The translations under genes were made by a program, and so were the position numbers. Positions 44,041 to 54,651 of a stretch of DNA of 64,000 nucleotides are shown here, piece after piece. Origin of the DNA: Phycisphaerae bacterium (lineage in GTDB: Bacteria; Planctomycetota; Phycisphaerae; WQYP01); NCBI GenBank assembly GCA_035504095.1, contig DATJSN010000070.1:12248-76247 (forward strand). The letters run 5' to 3'. Each line of letters starts with the position of its first letter. The first letter of the stretch is position 1. The notes below the pieces were generated by a model that saw only the letters and a program-made list of their open reading frames with translations, was not told the origin of the DNA and made no database searches.

Positions 44041-44210
44041 TGTAGTTCCGCCGAAAAATTTTTAAATACGGAGCGGCCTCTCCAGGCTGCTTGAAGTAAC
44101 AGGACCACAGCCTGTTGGGCATTTTTCAGATTAGCATTGGTTTAGATATGGCATATCATCAATTGTCTTGAGATAATCGGAATAAACCTTTCTGGGTATG
44201 GAGATTATTT

Positions 44211-45230
44211 GTGGTAAAAGCGCTCCAACTTTCTCTTGTATCATTAATTGTTTCTTTGATGTTTGCGCTGCAAGTCAACCAAGCAATCGCCGGGGCGCCG
44301 GCCTCCTTCCCTCCCACGACGCAGCCGATTGGTCCCGATGACGCCGATTATCAGCTTGGGCTGCAGGCCGGCCGAAAACAAAATTACATTCAGGCTATTG
44401 ATTATTACCAAAAAGCCGCCGCTGCTGGAAATTCCAGCGCCATGACCCGCATTGGTTTGCTTTATCAATATGGCCTTGGTGTAACGCAGGATTATTCCAA
44501 AGCAATGGCTTGGTATCAGAAAGCTGCCGCTCATGGGAATACCTATGCCATGTGTTTCATTGGTGATCTATACGGACAGGGCCTTGGCGTAACTAAGGAT
44601 TACGTGCAGGCAATGACTTGGTTTCAAAAAGCAGCGGAAGCGAGAAATACTCTCGGCATGTTAAGAATCGGCTGGCTGTATCAAAGCGGTCATGGTGTTG
44701 TTCAGGATTACCATCAGGCTATGACTTGGTATCAAAAAGCACAGGCCTATGGGAGTACCGATGCCATGTGCTTCATAGGAGAACTTTATGGGCAAGGCCT
44801 TGGCGTACCCCAAGATTTTCAAAAGGCAATGGCCTGGTACCAGAAAGCTGCTTTGGCGGGAAATCCAACTGGTATGTTCAGGATCGGCTGGTTTTATCAG
44901 TTTGGCCGTGGCGTACCTCGGGATTCCCAGCAGGCTTTGGCTTGGTACCACAAAGCTGCTGCGGCGGGAAATCCACTCGCAATGGTTCAAATTGGTCGAA
45001 TGTACCAATCGGGCAATGGCGTAACGCAGGATTATCAGCAGGCGATGGCATGGTTTCAAAAAGCGGCGGCCTTGGGAAATAATAATGCCATGCTTGGCAT
45101 TGGTCTGCTCTACGAACACGGCAATGGCGTGCCTGTGGATCTGGACAAAGCCAGAGAATGGCTGGAAAAGTCCGCAAAGCTCGGCAATATGCTGGCAAAA
45201 AATGAACTTGCCAAATTGTCCAATGAATAG
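44211..45230 (+). CDS. Secreted Sel1-repeat protein (~8 repeats)
   Basis: 339 aa with a GTG start per the track and signal peptide ...LIVSLMFALQVNQAIAG. Sel1 units alternate RIGWLYQxGxGV and CFIGELYGQGLGV subtypes. Confidence 0.85.
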   Translation: MVKALQLSLVSLIVSLMFALQVNQAIAGAPASFPPTTQPIGPDDADYQLGLQAGRKQNYIQAIDYYQKAAAAGNSSAMTRIGLLYQYGLGVTQDYSKAMAWYQKAAAHGNTYAMCFIGDLYGQGLGVTKDYVQAMTWFQKAAEARNTLGMLRIGWLYQSGHGVVQDYHQAMTWYQKAQAYGSTDAMCFIGELYGQGLGVPQDFQKAMAWYQKAALAGNPTGMFRIGWFYQFGRGVPRDSQQALAWYHKAAAAGNPLAMVQIGRMYQSGNGVTQDYQQAMAWFQKAAALGNNNAMLGIGLLYEHGNGVPVDLDKAREWLEKSAKLGNMLAKNELAKLSNE

Positions 45231-45455
45231 AAACTTCAACAATATATTAAGTATCCTCAAAGCATAAAACGTTGATGCGAACGATGCCGCATCAAAACAG
45301 TCCCGACGCCATCTGCAACGGCAGCTCTTTCAACGCTCGGGCTCACAGTACAGTGCTGGTTATGCACCGGTTCAGAACTTCAATCCCGGAAAATTTCCCC
45401 GGCAAGTTTTTACCCACAGGCAATCCTCTTGGTTGATTAACATGGCGGTTTTATA

Positions 45456-46970
45456 ATGCTGGCCATGGTTGCCACCGCCCAAACTGATCTTAATGATCCC
45501 GACGTCGTACTCATTGGCGCCGGCATTATGAGCGCGACGCTGGCGGTATTTCTCAAAGAATTACAGCCCGATTTGAAAATACAGATTTTTGAGAGACTGG
45601 ATAGCCCCGCGCAGGAAAGTTCAAACGCCTGGAATAATGCCGGAACAGGCCATGCCGCACTGTGCGAATTGAACTACACGCCGGAGCGCAGCGACGGAAC
45701 GATCGACATTTCCAAGGCCCTGAGCGTCAATACGGAGTTTGATCTCTCGCGGCAGTTTTGGGCATATCTTGTCAAAAAAGGGGCGATCAGGGACCCCCAG
45801 CTATTCATCCATTCCGTACCACACATGAGTTTTGTGCACGGCCCGGAGAATGTGGCCTTTCTGAAAAAACGTTTCGCGGCGCTCACCGCTCATCACTGCT
45901 ATCACGGGATGGAGTATTGCGATGACAAAATGGAGATTCAAAACTGGATTCCCCTCGTCATGGAAGGCCGCGACCCCGGCGAAACGCTTGCCGTAACGCG
46001 CATGCGCACCGGCACCGATGTGGATTATGGCGCTCTGACCAACCAGCTTCTTAATTCGCTTCATGGCCAGGAAGGTTTTTCGATCCAGTTTTTCAGTCGG
46101 GTGATCGATCTAAGCCGCAGCGGCGATCGCTGGAGCGTGCGCATCAGAGATGAAAACACCGGTGCACATCGCGATGTTTCGGCTCGATTCGTTTTCATCG
46201 GCGCCGGCGGCGGCTCGCTGCCGCTGTTGCAAAAATCCGGCATTCCCGAAAGCCATGGTTACGCCGGCTTTCCCGTAAGCGGAATCTGGCTTCGCTGCGA
46301 TAATCCGAAAATTTCCTCTCGCCACAACGCCAAGGTATATGGCAAGGCTTCCGTCGGATCGCCGCCGATGTCGGTTCCGCATCTGGACACGCGTCATGTT
46401 GAAGAAAAAGTCTCTCTGCTCTTCGGGCCGTACGCGGGCTTTTCAACCAAATTTCTCAAACACGGGTCGTATCTCGATCTGTTCGGTTCCATCGATCCGG
46501 AAAATATCCTTCCCATGCTGGCTGTGGGGAAAAACAACATGGCGCTCACCGAATACCTGATCGGACAGGTTCTTGAAACTCCCGAACAACGATTTAAAGC
46601 ACTTTGTGAGTACTTTCCCCGAGCGAACCAGGATGACTGGCGCATGGAGGTGGCGGGCCAGCGCGTCCAAATCATTAAGAAAGACCCCAGGCAAGGCGGC
46701 ATCCTGCAATTCGGCACCGAACTCGTTTCCGCCGCCGACCGTTCCATCGTCGCCATGCTCGGCGCATCACCCGGTGCGTCTACCGCGGTCTGGATCATGG
46801 TCAAGGTAATCGAGGAATGTTTTGCCAAACAGCTCGCCTCCGGCGGCTGGATGACCAAAATGAAACAGATGATTCCATCCTACGGCCAGTCGCTTATTGA
46901 CGACGCCGGATTATGCCAGAAGGTGCGCGCCGCGACCGCTGAAGTATTACACCTGACCAACGTGAGCTGA
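45456..46970 (+). CDS. mqo: Malate:quinone oxidoreductase
   Basis: 504 aa. [23 protein letters not shown]...[21 protein letters not shown] is diagnostic for Mqo. Confidence 0.9.
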   Translation: MLAMVATAQTDLNDPDVVLIGAGIMSATLAVFLKELQPDLKIQIFERLDSPAQESSNAWNNAGTGHAALCELNYTPERSDGTIDISKALSVNTEFDLSRQFWAYLVKKGAIRDPQLFIHSVPHMSFVHGPENVAFLKKRFAALTAHHCYHGMEYCDDKMEIQNWIPLVMEGRDPGETLAVTRMRTGTDVDYGALTNQLLNSLHGQEGFSIQFFSRVIDLSRSGDRWSVRIRDENTGAHRDVSARFVFIGAGGGSLPLLQKSGIPESHGYAGFPVSGIWLRCDNPKISSRHNAKVYGKASVGSPPMSVPHLDTRHVEEKVSLLFGPYAGFSTKFLKHGSYLDLFGSIDPENILPMLAVGKNNMALTEYLIGQVLETPEQRFKALCEYFPRANQDDWRMEVAGQRVQIIKKDPRQGGILQFGTELVSAADRSIVAMLGASPGASTAVWIMVKVIEECFAKQLASGGWMTKMKQMIPSYGQSLIDDAGLCQKVRAATAEVLHLTNVS

Positions 46971-46979
46971 TGTGGATTT

Positions 46980-47342
46980 ATGATTAGAGCTTACAAACTA
47001 TACACTGGTCCCGACGGTCACTCCCATGTGATCCGTGGAAGCCTCATCGTCAATGAAGTAATCGCCGCCGAATCGATTCTTTATGAGGAATCTCCGCCGC
47101 ACTCTTCGCTGGATTGGCACAATGCGCCAACGACCCAGTATGTAATTATCCTCGCGGGCGTTCTGGAATTCACAACCCATACGGGCGAAACGTTCACGAT
47201 AAACCCCGGAGAAATTCTCATTGCGCTGGATACAACCGGCTCGGGACATAAATGGCGCCTGGTCAATGATCAACCATGGAAGCGGGCGTATGTGGTGTTC
47301 AAGGAAAATACCAAAATTAATTTTAAACCCGACGGCCCGTAA
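46980..47342 (+). CDS. Small cupin-like protein (function unknown)
   Basis: 120 aa. [47 protein letters not shown] resembles a single cupin barrel. It starts 9 nt after the mqo stop. Confidence 0.5.
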   Translation: MIRAYKLYTGPDGHSHVIRGSLIVNEVIAAESILYEESPPHSSLDWHNAPTTQYVIILAGVLEFTTHTGETFTINPGEILIALDTTGSGHKWRLVNDQPWKRAYVVFKENTKINFKPDGP

Positions 47343-47389
47343 GCCCGTCGATTATTATCCAGGCACAATTAACCAATCTGGAGTATTTC

Positions 47390-48796
47390 ATGGCGGAATT
47401 TCGCACGGAATCTGACAGCCTCGGGCAGGTCAATGTTCCCGCGGATAAATTATGGGGCGCCCAGACCCAGCGTTCGCTAGAGCATTTCAGCATCGGGCGG
47501 GACCTGATCCCTCCTGAAATGATCAGCGCTTACACCATCCTCAAGCGCGCCTCTGCTACGGCAAACCATGCCAGCGGGCGGCTGGATGATGTCGCTTATA
47601 AATTGATCCTTCAGGTCTGCGACGAAATTCTGGCCGGACGGCATCACGACATGTTTCCACTGCACGTCTGGATGACCGGCAGCGGCACCCAGTTCAACAT
47701 GAACGTCAACGAAGTCATTTCCAATCGTTGCTGCCAGCTTGCCGGAACGCCGCTGGGAAGCAAGCGTCCGGTGCACCCCAACGATCACGTAAATATGTCT
47801 CAGTCGTCGAATGATTCGTTTCCCTCGGCAATGTATATCGCCTCGGCCGTCAGCGCTAATACACAATTAATTCCCGCGGTCACCGCTCTGCGCGACGCCA
47901 TCGCCGTCAAATCCAAAGAATGGCAAGACATTGTCAAAATCGGCCGCACGCACATGCAGGACGCCACGCCCATCACGCTTGGCCAGGAATGGTCGGGTTA
48001 CGTCGGCCTGCTCTCCGACGATTTGAAGCGCATCGCCGACGCACTGCCGGGCGTCTATGAACTCGCCCTTGGCGGCACGGCGGTTGGCACCGGCATCAAT
48101 GCCATGCCCGGTTTTGCCGAAGCCGCAACCGCCGAAATCGCCCGATTAACTAAACTCCCGTTCGTCAGCGCGCCCAACAAATTCGCGGTGCAGGGTTCTC
48201 ATGATGCGCTGGTACAACTGTCGGGCACGCTTCGCACGCTGGCCGTCTCGCTTTATAAAATCGCCAATGACATCCGCCTGCTTTCCTGCGGCCCCCGCGC
48301 CGGCTTTGCCGAATTGCATATTCCCGAGAACGAACCCGGCTCATCAATCATGCCCGGCAAGGTCAATCCCACTCAGGCCGAAGCGCTTACCATGCTCGCG
48401 GTGCAGGTCATGGCCAACGACGTTGCCGTCGGTTTCGGCGGCGCCGGCGGCTATCTGGAAATGAACGTCTACAAACCGCTCATAATCGCCAGCATCATCG
48501 AGTCGATCACCATTCTGGCCGGCGGCTGCGCCAATTTCCGTAAATATCTGGTCGAAGGAACCCAGCCCAACCGCAAGAAAATCGCCGAGTATGTCGAGCG
48601 CTCGCTGATGCTGGTCACCGCGCTGGCGCCGGTCATCGGCTACGACAAAGCGTCGCAAATCGCGCACTACGCAACCGATCACGATCTGACGCTTAAGGAA
48701 GCGGCGCTCAAGCTCGGCTTCGTAAGCGAGCAGGAATTTGATCGCATCGTCGACCCGGCAAAAATGGTCCGGCCATACGTGGCAACAACCAAATAA
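47390..48796 (+). CDS. fumC: Class II fumarate hydratase
   Basis: 468 aa with the fumarate-lyase signature [17 protein letters not shown] and [14 protein letters not shown]. Confidence 0.92.
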   Translation: MAEFRTESDSLGQVNVPADKLWGAQTQRSLEHFSIGRDLIPPEMISAYTILKRASATANHASGRLDDVAYKLILQVCDEILAGRHHDMFPLHVWMTGSGTQFNMNVNEVISNRCCQLAGTPLGSKRPVHPNDHVNMSQSSNDSFPSAMYIASAVSANTQLIPAVTALRDAIAVKSKEWQDIVKIGRTHMQDATPITLGQEWSGYVGLLSDDLKRIADALPGVYELALGGTAVGTGINAMPGFAEAATAEIARLTKLPFVSAPNKFAVQGSHDALVQLSGTLRTLAVSLYKIANDIRLLSCGPRAGFAELHIPENEPGSSIMPGKVNPTQAEALTMLAVQVMANDVAVGFGGAGGYLEMNVYKPLIIASIIESITILAGGCANFRKYLVEGTQPNRKKIAEYVERSLMLVTALAPVIGYDKASQIAHYATDHDLTLKEAALKLGFVSEQEFDRIVDPAKMVRPYVATTK

Positions 48797-48854
48797 AGCC
48801 ACAAACCGCGCGCTTGTGCTTGTGGATAGATGAGCCGTGAATCACGATAGATGA

Positions 48855-50144
48855 ATGCATCATATGATAGAGGCCCCGGCAAAAAAGTCCGTGATGGAGG
48901 AAGCGGCCCGTCTTTCGCTGCAACTGGGCCGGCTGCTATTGGTCAACGGCGCTGATACCGCGCAGGTGCAAACCGCCGTTGAGCGTTTCGCCGCGGGACT
49001 CGGCTACGAAGCTCGTCTGCTTATCAGCTACGAGGCGCTGCTGCTGACCATCATCTCTGGCGGCGAATTCCGCACCAAGATCGGCCAGCACGTCGCGGGA
49101 ATGACCGTTGACATGACGGCGGTACACGCACTGAATCAGGTTGCCGATGGAGTCGTCCTCGGCAAACTAGACGCCGATGCGGCCGGTGTGCGCCTGGCGG
49201 CGGTCGAAAAAGGCTTGCCGTCGTATCCGCGCTGGCTCGTGGCTTGTGCACTCGGCCTTACGGCCGCCAGCCTCTCCTGGCTTTTTGGCGGCGACGGGCG
49301 GGTTTTTGTCGTTTCGTTTGTCGCCGGAGCGGTTGAAATTCTTGTGCAGCAGCAACTGCGCCGCTGGCGCGTTCATCCACTGGCCGTCACTTTTATCACC
49401 GCATTAACCGGCGGCTGCGTCGGCGGATTGGGCATGCGTCTACATCCAGGCGCCGATCCGGCGCTATGCCTCATCGCGCCCGGCATGATTCTGGTTCCCG
49501 GCGTTCCACTTATTAATGGCATTCGCGATGCGCTTCACAACAACATGGTTCTGAGCCTGGCGCGACTGGCTTCGGCATTGCTTGTTGTAACGGCCATTGC
49601 CTTTGGCCTTTTCGCGGCGACCGTACTCACGGGCGTCGGAATTCCCACATCCGGAACGAATCCGCTTTTGCCGGTGGTCCAGGACGCACTTTTTTCCGCG
49701 CTGGCGACAATCGGCTATGTCTTTCTGTTCAATGTTACGGCGCGCGTCGTTTGGGCGTGCATTGTTTGCGGCCTGTGCAGTCACGCGCTGCGCACTGCGC
49801 TCATGCATCTGGGTCTTGATATTGTCACTGGAACTCTGCTCGGTTCAATGGCCGCGGGCTTTCTGGCTCATGTGTTTGCCCGCAGGTTCGAAGCGCCGCC
49901 CGCCACGTTCGCGTTCCCCGGCGTGGTCGCCATGGTCCCCGGTTCGTACGTATTCCGGGCAGTCATCGCCAGCCTGCAAATCATCAATTCGCCGGGCACG
50001 GCGCCCGCTTCACTGGTCGCCCAGACGATGTCGCTGGTTATCTCCACAATTCTGCTTACCGCCGCCATCGCCATCGGACTCGCCATTCCACTGTCGCTTC
50101 GTCTGACGCCGATATCCTCCAATAACGGACATGATCGGCGATAG
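48855..50144 (+). CDS. Threonine/serine exporter (ThrE) family membrane protein (fused DUF1212 + DUF3815 type)
   Basis: 429 aa with an N-terminal regulatory-like part (AARLSLQLGRLLLVNGADTAQVQTAVERF) followed by ~10 TM helices. Confidence 0.65.
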   Translation: MHHMIEAPAKKSVMEEAARLSLQLGRLLLVNGADTAQVQTAVERFAAGLGYEARLLISYEALLLTIISGGEFRTKIGQHVAGMTVDMTAVHALNQVADGVVLGKLDADAAGVRLAAVEKGLPSYPRWLVACALGLTAASLSWLFGGDGRVFVVSFVAGAVEILVQQQLRRWRVHPLAVTFITALTGGCVGGLGMRLHPGADPALCLIAPGMILVPGVPLINGIRDALHNNMVLSLARLASALLVVTAIAFGLFAATVLTGVGIPTSGTNPLLPVVQDALFSALATIGYVFLFNVTARVVWACIVCGLCSHALRTALMHLGLDIVTGTLLGSMAAGFLAHVFARRFEAPPATFAFPGVVAMVPGSYVFRAVIASLQIINSPGTAPASLVAQTMSLVISTILLTAAIAIGLAIPLSLRLTPISSNNGHDRR

Positions 50145-50420
50145 GAGGTTTTAAATGACCCGTGATTCGTAAGTTATCTTTTTTTGCCCGGTTTTTTTGT
50201 GATCAGATCCGGCAGGGTTTGATTTATTTTCCGAGCCTCACGCTGAAATGATGAACTATGTTGTTGAATTCGATACTGTTGTAACTCATCCGTTTGCATA
50301 TAATTTCAAAAAGATTCTTAAGATGGTCAGCGATATTAAACGGGCATAACTGACAAAGACACAACCTGGCTTTGTGCCAGCAGCTTTGCCGAAAATCATT
50401 CATTTGGAAAGGACACGGCC

Positions 50421-52142
50421 ATGTCAAAAACTGCTGAAGTGCTCATTGACATGCTTGCACTCGCAGGCGTCAAACGAATTTACGGCGTAGTGGGAGATTC
50501 CCTCAATGGAATCACCGAGGCCATCCGCAAATACAAACGCGTACAATGGCTGCACATGCGGCATGAAGAGGCCGCTGCGTTCGCGGCCGGAGCTGAAGCG
50601 CATCTGACCGGCGAACTGGCCGTTTGCGCCGGAAGCTGCGGGCCCGGCAATTTGCATTTGATCAATGGACTTTACGATTGCCATCGCAACCGTGTGCCGG
50701 TGCTGGCGATTGCCGCCCAGATACCCAGCCACGAACTTGGCAGCGGATATTTCCAGGAAACCCGGCCTGATCACCTTTTTAATGATTGCAGTTTTTACTG
50801 CCAAACCATCTCCGATCCGGAGCTCTTGACCCGCACGCTCGCAATCGCCATGCGGACAGCCATCTCCAAACAAGGCGTCGCGGTCATCATCATTCCGGGC
50901 GATGTGGCGTTGCGCGAATGCCCCCACGCGGCGGTTCCACTCGGAATTAATTCGTCCATCCCGGCCATGCGCCCCCCGGACGACCAATTAAAACGCGCGG
51001 CCGAACTGCTCAATCGGGCGCGAAAAGTTGCCATCCTCGGCGGCGCCGGCTGCCAGGGTGCGCACGGCGAACTTGTCGCTCTGGCCGAGCGGCTTAAAGC
51101 GCCCATCGTTCACGCCCTTCGCGGCAAGGAGTTTATCGAATACGACAATCCCTTCGATGTCGGAATGACCGGCCTGCTCGGCTTCTCTTCCGGCTATCAC
51201 GCAATGATGGGCTGTGATTGCCTGCTGATGCTCGGAACGGATTTTCCCTATCGGCAGTTTTATCCCCAAAACGCGAAAGTCATTCAGGTCGATTCGCGCG
51301 GAGAACAGATCGGAAAGCGAACAACCGTGGACGTCGGCCTCATCGGCACGGTAACAGAAACGATCAAAGCGTTAACTCCGCTTTTATCAGTCAAGTCAGA
51401 TCGTTCCTATCTCGATGCCTGCGTGTCGCATTACAAAACCACGCGCGCCGATCTTGATGATTTAGCGACCGGCGAACCGGGCAAGACGCCCATCCATCCG
51501 CAATTCGTCGCCAAAACCATCAGCGAAATTGCCGCCGACGATGCAGTCTTCACCTGCGATGTGGGAACTCCGACAATCTGGGCGGCTCGGTATCTGCACA
51601 TGAATGGAAAGCGCCGGCTTTTAGGTTCCTTCAGTCACGGCTCCATGGCCAATGCCCTTCCCCACGCAATCGGCGCCCAGGCCGCGTATCCGGCAAGGCA
51701 GGCGATCAGTTTCTCCGGCGACGGTGGGCTGGCGATGCTGCTCGGAGATCTCCTGACACTCAAACAATTGAATCTCCCCGTCAAAGTTGTGGTCTTCAAT
51801 AACGGCACGCTGGGTTTTGTTGAACTGGAAATGAAGGCTGCCGGCTTCCTCGACTACGGCACCAATCTCGTGAATCCAAATTTTGCCCAGCTCGCTGAAT
51901 CCGCCGGCATACGCGGTTTCCGCGTTGTAAAGCCCGAGGAGCTCAAACCCGCTTTGACCGAGGCCTTCGCCCACAAGGGGCCGGCGCTTCTCGACGTCGT
52001 GGTGAATCGTCAGGAGCTTTCGATGCCGCCGGCGATCTTCGCAGAACAGGCAATCGGCTTTGGTCTGTTCATGATTCGCGCTGTAATAAATGGCCGAGGC
52101 AACGAACTTATCGATCTGGCTAAAACGAATCTGTTCCGCTGA
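50421..52142 (+). CDS. poxB: Pyruvate dehydrogenase (quinone) / pyruvate oxidase, ThDP- and FAD-dependent
   Basis: 573 aa. The N-terminus is nearly colinear with E. coli PoxB as I recall it (GVKRIYGVVGDSLNG...HEEAAAFAAGAEAHLTGELAVCAGSCGPGNLHLINGLYDCHRNRVPVLAIAAQIPS). It also has the ThDP motif GDGGLAMLLGDL...NN. Confidence 0.88.
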   Translation: MSKTAEVLIDMLALAGVKRIYGVVGDSLNGITEAIRKYKRVQWLHMRHEEAAAFAAGAEAHLTGELAVCAGSCGPGNLHLINGLYDCHRNRVPVLAIAAQIPSHELGSGYFQETRPDHLFNDCSFYCQTISDPELLTRTLAIAMRTAISKQGVAVIIIPGDVALRECPHAAVPLGINSSIPAMRPPDDQLKRAAELLNRARKVAILGGAGCQGAHGELVALAERLKAPIVHALRGKEFIEYDNPFDVGMTGLLGFSSGYHAMMGCDCLLMLGTDFPYRQFYPQNAKVIQVDSRGEQIGKRTTVDVGLIGTVTETIKALTPLLSVKSDRSYLDACVSHYKTTRADLDDLATGEPGKTPIHPQFVAKTISEIAADDAVFTCDVGTPTIWAARYLHMNGKRRLLGSFSHGSMANALPHAIGAQAAYPARQAISFSGDGGLAMLLGDLLTLKQLNLPVKVVVFNNGTLGFVELEMKAAGFLDYGTNLVNPNFAQLAESAGIRGFRVVKPEELKPALTEAFAHKGPALLDVVVNRQELSMPPAIFAEQAIGFGLFMIRAVINGRGNELIDLAKTNLFR

Positions 52143-52187
52143 TTCGCCCAAACGGTTTGGAAATGGACGGCATCCCCAATAAAACCC

Positions 52188-52376
52188 TTAATGAACCTGG
52201 CCTGAAGCTTGTAAAATCAGCGCTGCAATCTCTTGTGGATGTGAGATAAGGGAGAGACGACTTGCTTCAATTTCGATGGTTGTGGCTCCCATACGTTTAG
52301 CCAGAAAACGCCCGCAAAGAAATTTTAAAACAAATGCGCGCCAATCAGGATATTGCCTGACGGTCCGGAGAATACT
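52188..52376 (-). pseudogene. Possible C-terminal relic of an alpha/beta hydrolase
   Basis: Hand translation of the minus strand gives ...DWRAFVLKFLCGRFLAKRMGATTIEIEASRLSLISHPQEIAALILQASGQVH*. This resembles the last ~45 aa of many alpha/beta hydrolases (..LAxxIPGAxLxxIxxxGHLxxxExPExxAxxIL.F), with the catalytic His position reading Arg. It has no start codon and no upstream body. Confidence 0.3.
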
Positions 52377-52457
52377 TCAGTACGCTTCCTGCACATTTAA
52401 GACAATAACGGCAAATACCCAAATTTTAATGCTTGTTGGATGACGGCTTCTAATAAA

Positions 52458-53372
52458 TTAAGCCGTCAGCAGCACCTTGCCGATGTCGCCTTTTTCAACC
52501 GCGGCGTGCCCTTCGCCGGCCTTACTTAGCGGCAGCTTCAGGCCGATGGGAATGACTAGTTTTTTATTTACCACGGCGTTGGCCATTTCCGTTTGTATCT
52601 TTAGGTCCGGTGCTGCAAAGACCGGAACAACGCGAACAGCCGGATAGTCTTTGGCATTTGACGGCGGACCAAGCACCGAGGCAAATACGCCCCCTTTGAC
52701 CACTTTGCCCAGAAAAGTCGCCGCGGTTTTTCCCCCGACCGTGTCGGCAACGGCGTCCACCGCCGGCAGTTTGGCGATTGCGCTCTCATCATCAGTCGCG
52801 ATTACCTGATCCGCTCCAATGCTTGCCGCTTGCTGCAATTGTGTTTTCCGAACTCCGGCGATCACCACCGCGCCGCGCTGCTTCGCTGTGTATACGGCTG
52901 AGCGCCCGACGCTACCCAGAGCCCCGATTACCAGAATTGTCTGGCGGGCTTTAATTCCCGTCCCCTTATCGATCAGCATATATCCCGTCGTGGTGACCAC
53001 GGGCAACGCTGCCGCTTCTATTACGTCCAGCCCCTGAGGTATTTTCACGAGTATCGCCGCCGGGATTGTGCAGAGTTCCGCGTATGCCTGATCTGCGTAA
53101 GCGAATACTTTATCGCCGACTGCAAAGCCTTCAACGCCTGGACCGATTTTGACAATCGTGCCCGCGACGTCGACGCCTATGACGCCGGGGAATTTTATGG
53201 GAAAAAAATCCTTCATCACCCCCGAGCGCCGTTTAATGTCAATTGGATTTATGCCGGCGGCGGCGACGCGCACAAGCACTTGTCCGGCTCCGACGCTCGG
53301 GTCAGGGTAATCCTCATACTTTAAGACATCCGGCCCGCCGTACTGGTGAATGACGCTTGCCTTCATGATCAA
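52458..53372 (-). CDS. MDR-family NADPH:quinone oxidoreductase-like protein
   Basis: 304 aa with MKASVIHQYGGPDVLKYEDYPDP..GQVLVRVAAAGINPID and GALGSVGRSAVYTAK. Confidence 0.8.
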   Translation of the reverse strand: MIMKASVIHQYGGPDVLKYEDYPDPSVGAGQVLVRVAAAGINPIDIKRRSGVMKDFFPIKFPGVIGVDVAGTIVKIGPGVEGFAVGDKVFAYADQAYAELCTIPAAILVKIPQGLDVIEAAALPVVTTTGYMLIDKGTGIKARQTILVIGALGSVGRSAVYTAKQRGAVVIAGVRKTQLQQAASIGADQVIATDDESAIAKLPAVDAVADTVGGKTAATFLGKVVKGGVFASVLGPPSNAKDYPAVRVVPVFAAPDLKIQTEMANAVVNKKLVIPIGLKLPLSKAGEGHAAVEKGDIGKVLLTA

Positions 53373-53407
53373 TCTCCTTGTAGTGCCGTGAAATTAAAAT
53401 TTTATAG

Positions 53408-53803
53408 TTAATGCGGTGGGTTGGTCGTACTGAAACAATACCTTGAGATCTTCCAGTTCTCACCGATCTTCTGGAACACGAAGAGTTCCTGATTGGCCTC
53501 CGGGCTGCTCTGGCCTGTCGCGTTAATCCGAACTTTTCCGGCAGAATTGGTGCGTGCAAACGCCCAGTTGGGTGCGACTTGGTGCACTTCAGCAATATCG
53601 AATTTAACTTCCAGCTTAATTGCCTTAAAGACGCCGTCATAGGCTTTGCGGATGGCGTCAGAACCAACGCTGGAAGCAAAATGCTGCGGCATAAACACGC
53701 CGTCGGGGGCATAAAGCTTCATCACCATATCGGTGCTGGATTGATTCAATGCCTCCTGATAACTGGCCAGCACGCCGGCGATCGCTTTTTCATCTGCGTT
53801 CAT
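53408..53803 (-). CDS. SnoaL-like / NTF2-fold protein (DUF4440-like)
   Basis: Trimmed to ATG 53803 (AAAGGA upstream). EKAIAGVLASYQEALNQSSTDMVMKLYAPDGVFM...ELFVFQKIGENWKISRYCF is a typical NTF2-like pattern. Confidence 0.65.
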   Translation of the reverse strand: MNADEKAIAGVLASYQEALNQSSTDMVMKLYAPDGVFMPQHFASSVGSDAIRKAYDGVFKAIKLEVKFDIAEVHQVAPNWAFARTNSAGKVRINATGQSSPEANQELFVFQKIGENWKISRYCFSTTNPPH

Positions 53804-53940
53804 GATAATCCTTTCTGGCGATAACTCCCCATTCCAACGAAGTATATGCATCAGTTCTTTGTTGGGCTAGAGGGATAGATTGGGAATGTATTTTGCAAAT
53901 TTGGAATAACGCTCACAGAGTAGAAAAAGCCGGCGACACG

Positions 53941-54633
53941 TCAAATCACGTCATCGGTAATAAACGGATTAAAATTCGTCTGATAGTCGTAATAATCAAT
54001 GCCCTCGATTCTTTTCAGGAATCGAACGATCGGATACGTCACTGGTAACATCACGACTTCAACCAGCGTTTTGGCGGTCCACCCCATAAAAATGCTTTGC
54101 AACAACAGGTTATTCGGAAGAACGCCATACAAAGCGATTCCATAAAAAATCAGCGTGTTCAATCCCTCTCCAACTATGGTGGAAGCGACGAAACGAAACC
54201 ATAAATATTTGCCCTTGTTCCAGATTTTTATTTTTGCCAGAACGTAACTGTTGCAAAAATCCCCAACCAGCACCGCCAGCAAACCGGCAATGGCAATCTT
54301 GGGGGTCGATGAAAAGATTTGCTGATAGGCGGTGTCACCCTTGAAAAAAACCGCCGAAGGAACCAGCAGTTGTGCGCCGGCCACTGCCGCTCCGACAACT
54401 GAGCAAAATATGGACAACCAAATGATGCTCCGGGCCCGTGAATAACCATAAACCTCGGTCAAAATGTCGGCGATCAGGTACGTCAGTGGAAAATACAAGA
54501 TGGTTACCGATACGCCTATGCCACAGATCGAAATGATGCGCGCCGCGGTAAAGTTGGACACCAGCAGAAAGGTAATATTGAGGGCCGCAAGCAGGCCAAG
54601 GTATTTAAATTTTCCAAAATCGGTTCGCAGCAT
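53941..54633 (-). CDS. yhhQ: Queuosine-precursor transporter (YhhQ / VUT family)
   Basis: 230 aa, 6 TM, with FPLTYLIADILTEVYGYSRAR and family-like C-terminal helices. Confidence 0.75.
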   Translation of the reverse strand: MLRTDFGKFKYLGLLAALNITFLLVSNFTAARIISICGIGVSVTILYFPLTYLIADILTEVYGYSRARSIIWLSIFCSVVGAAVAGAQLLVPSAVFFKGDTAYQQIFSSTPKIAIAGLLAVLVGDFCNSYVLAKIKIWNKGKYLWFRFVASTIVGEGLNTLIFYGIALYGVLPNNLLLQSIFMGWTAKTLVEVVMLPVTYPIVRFLKRIEGIDYYDYQTNFNPFITDDVI

Positions 54634-54651
54634 CTTATCTGTTTTTCAATC

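Noticed and set aside
50224-50427. 67-aa minus-strand ORF in the AT-rich spacer upstream of poxB.
   Set aside because: It has no SD and no motif, and its start overlaps the poxB start region. It is more likely promoter or regulatory DNA.
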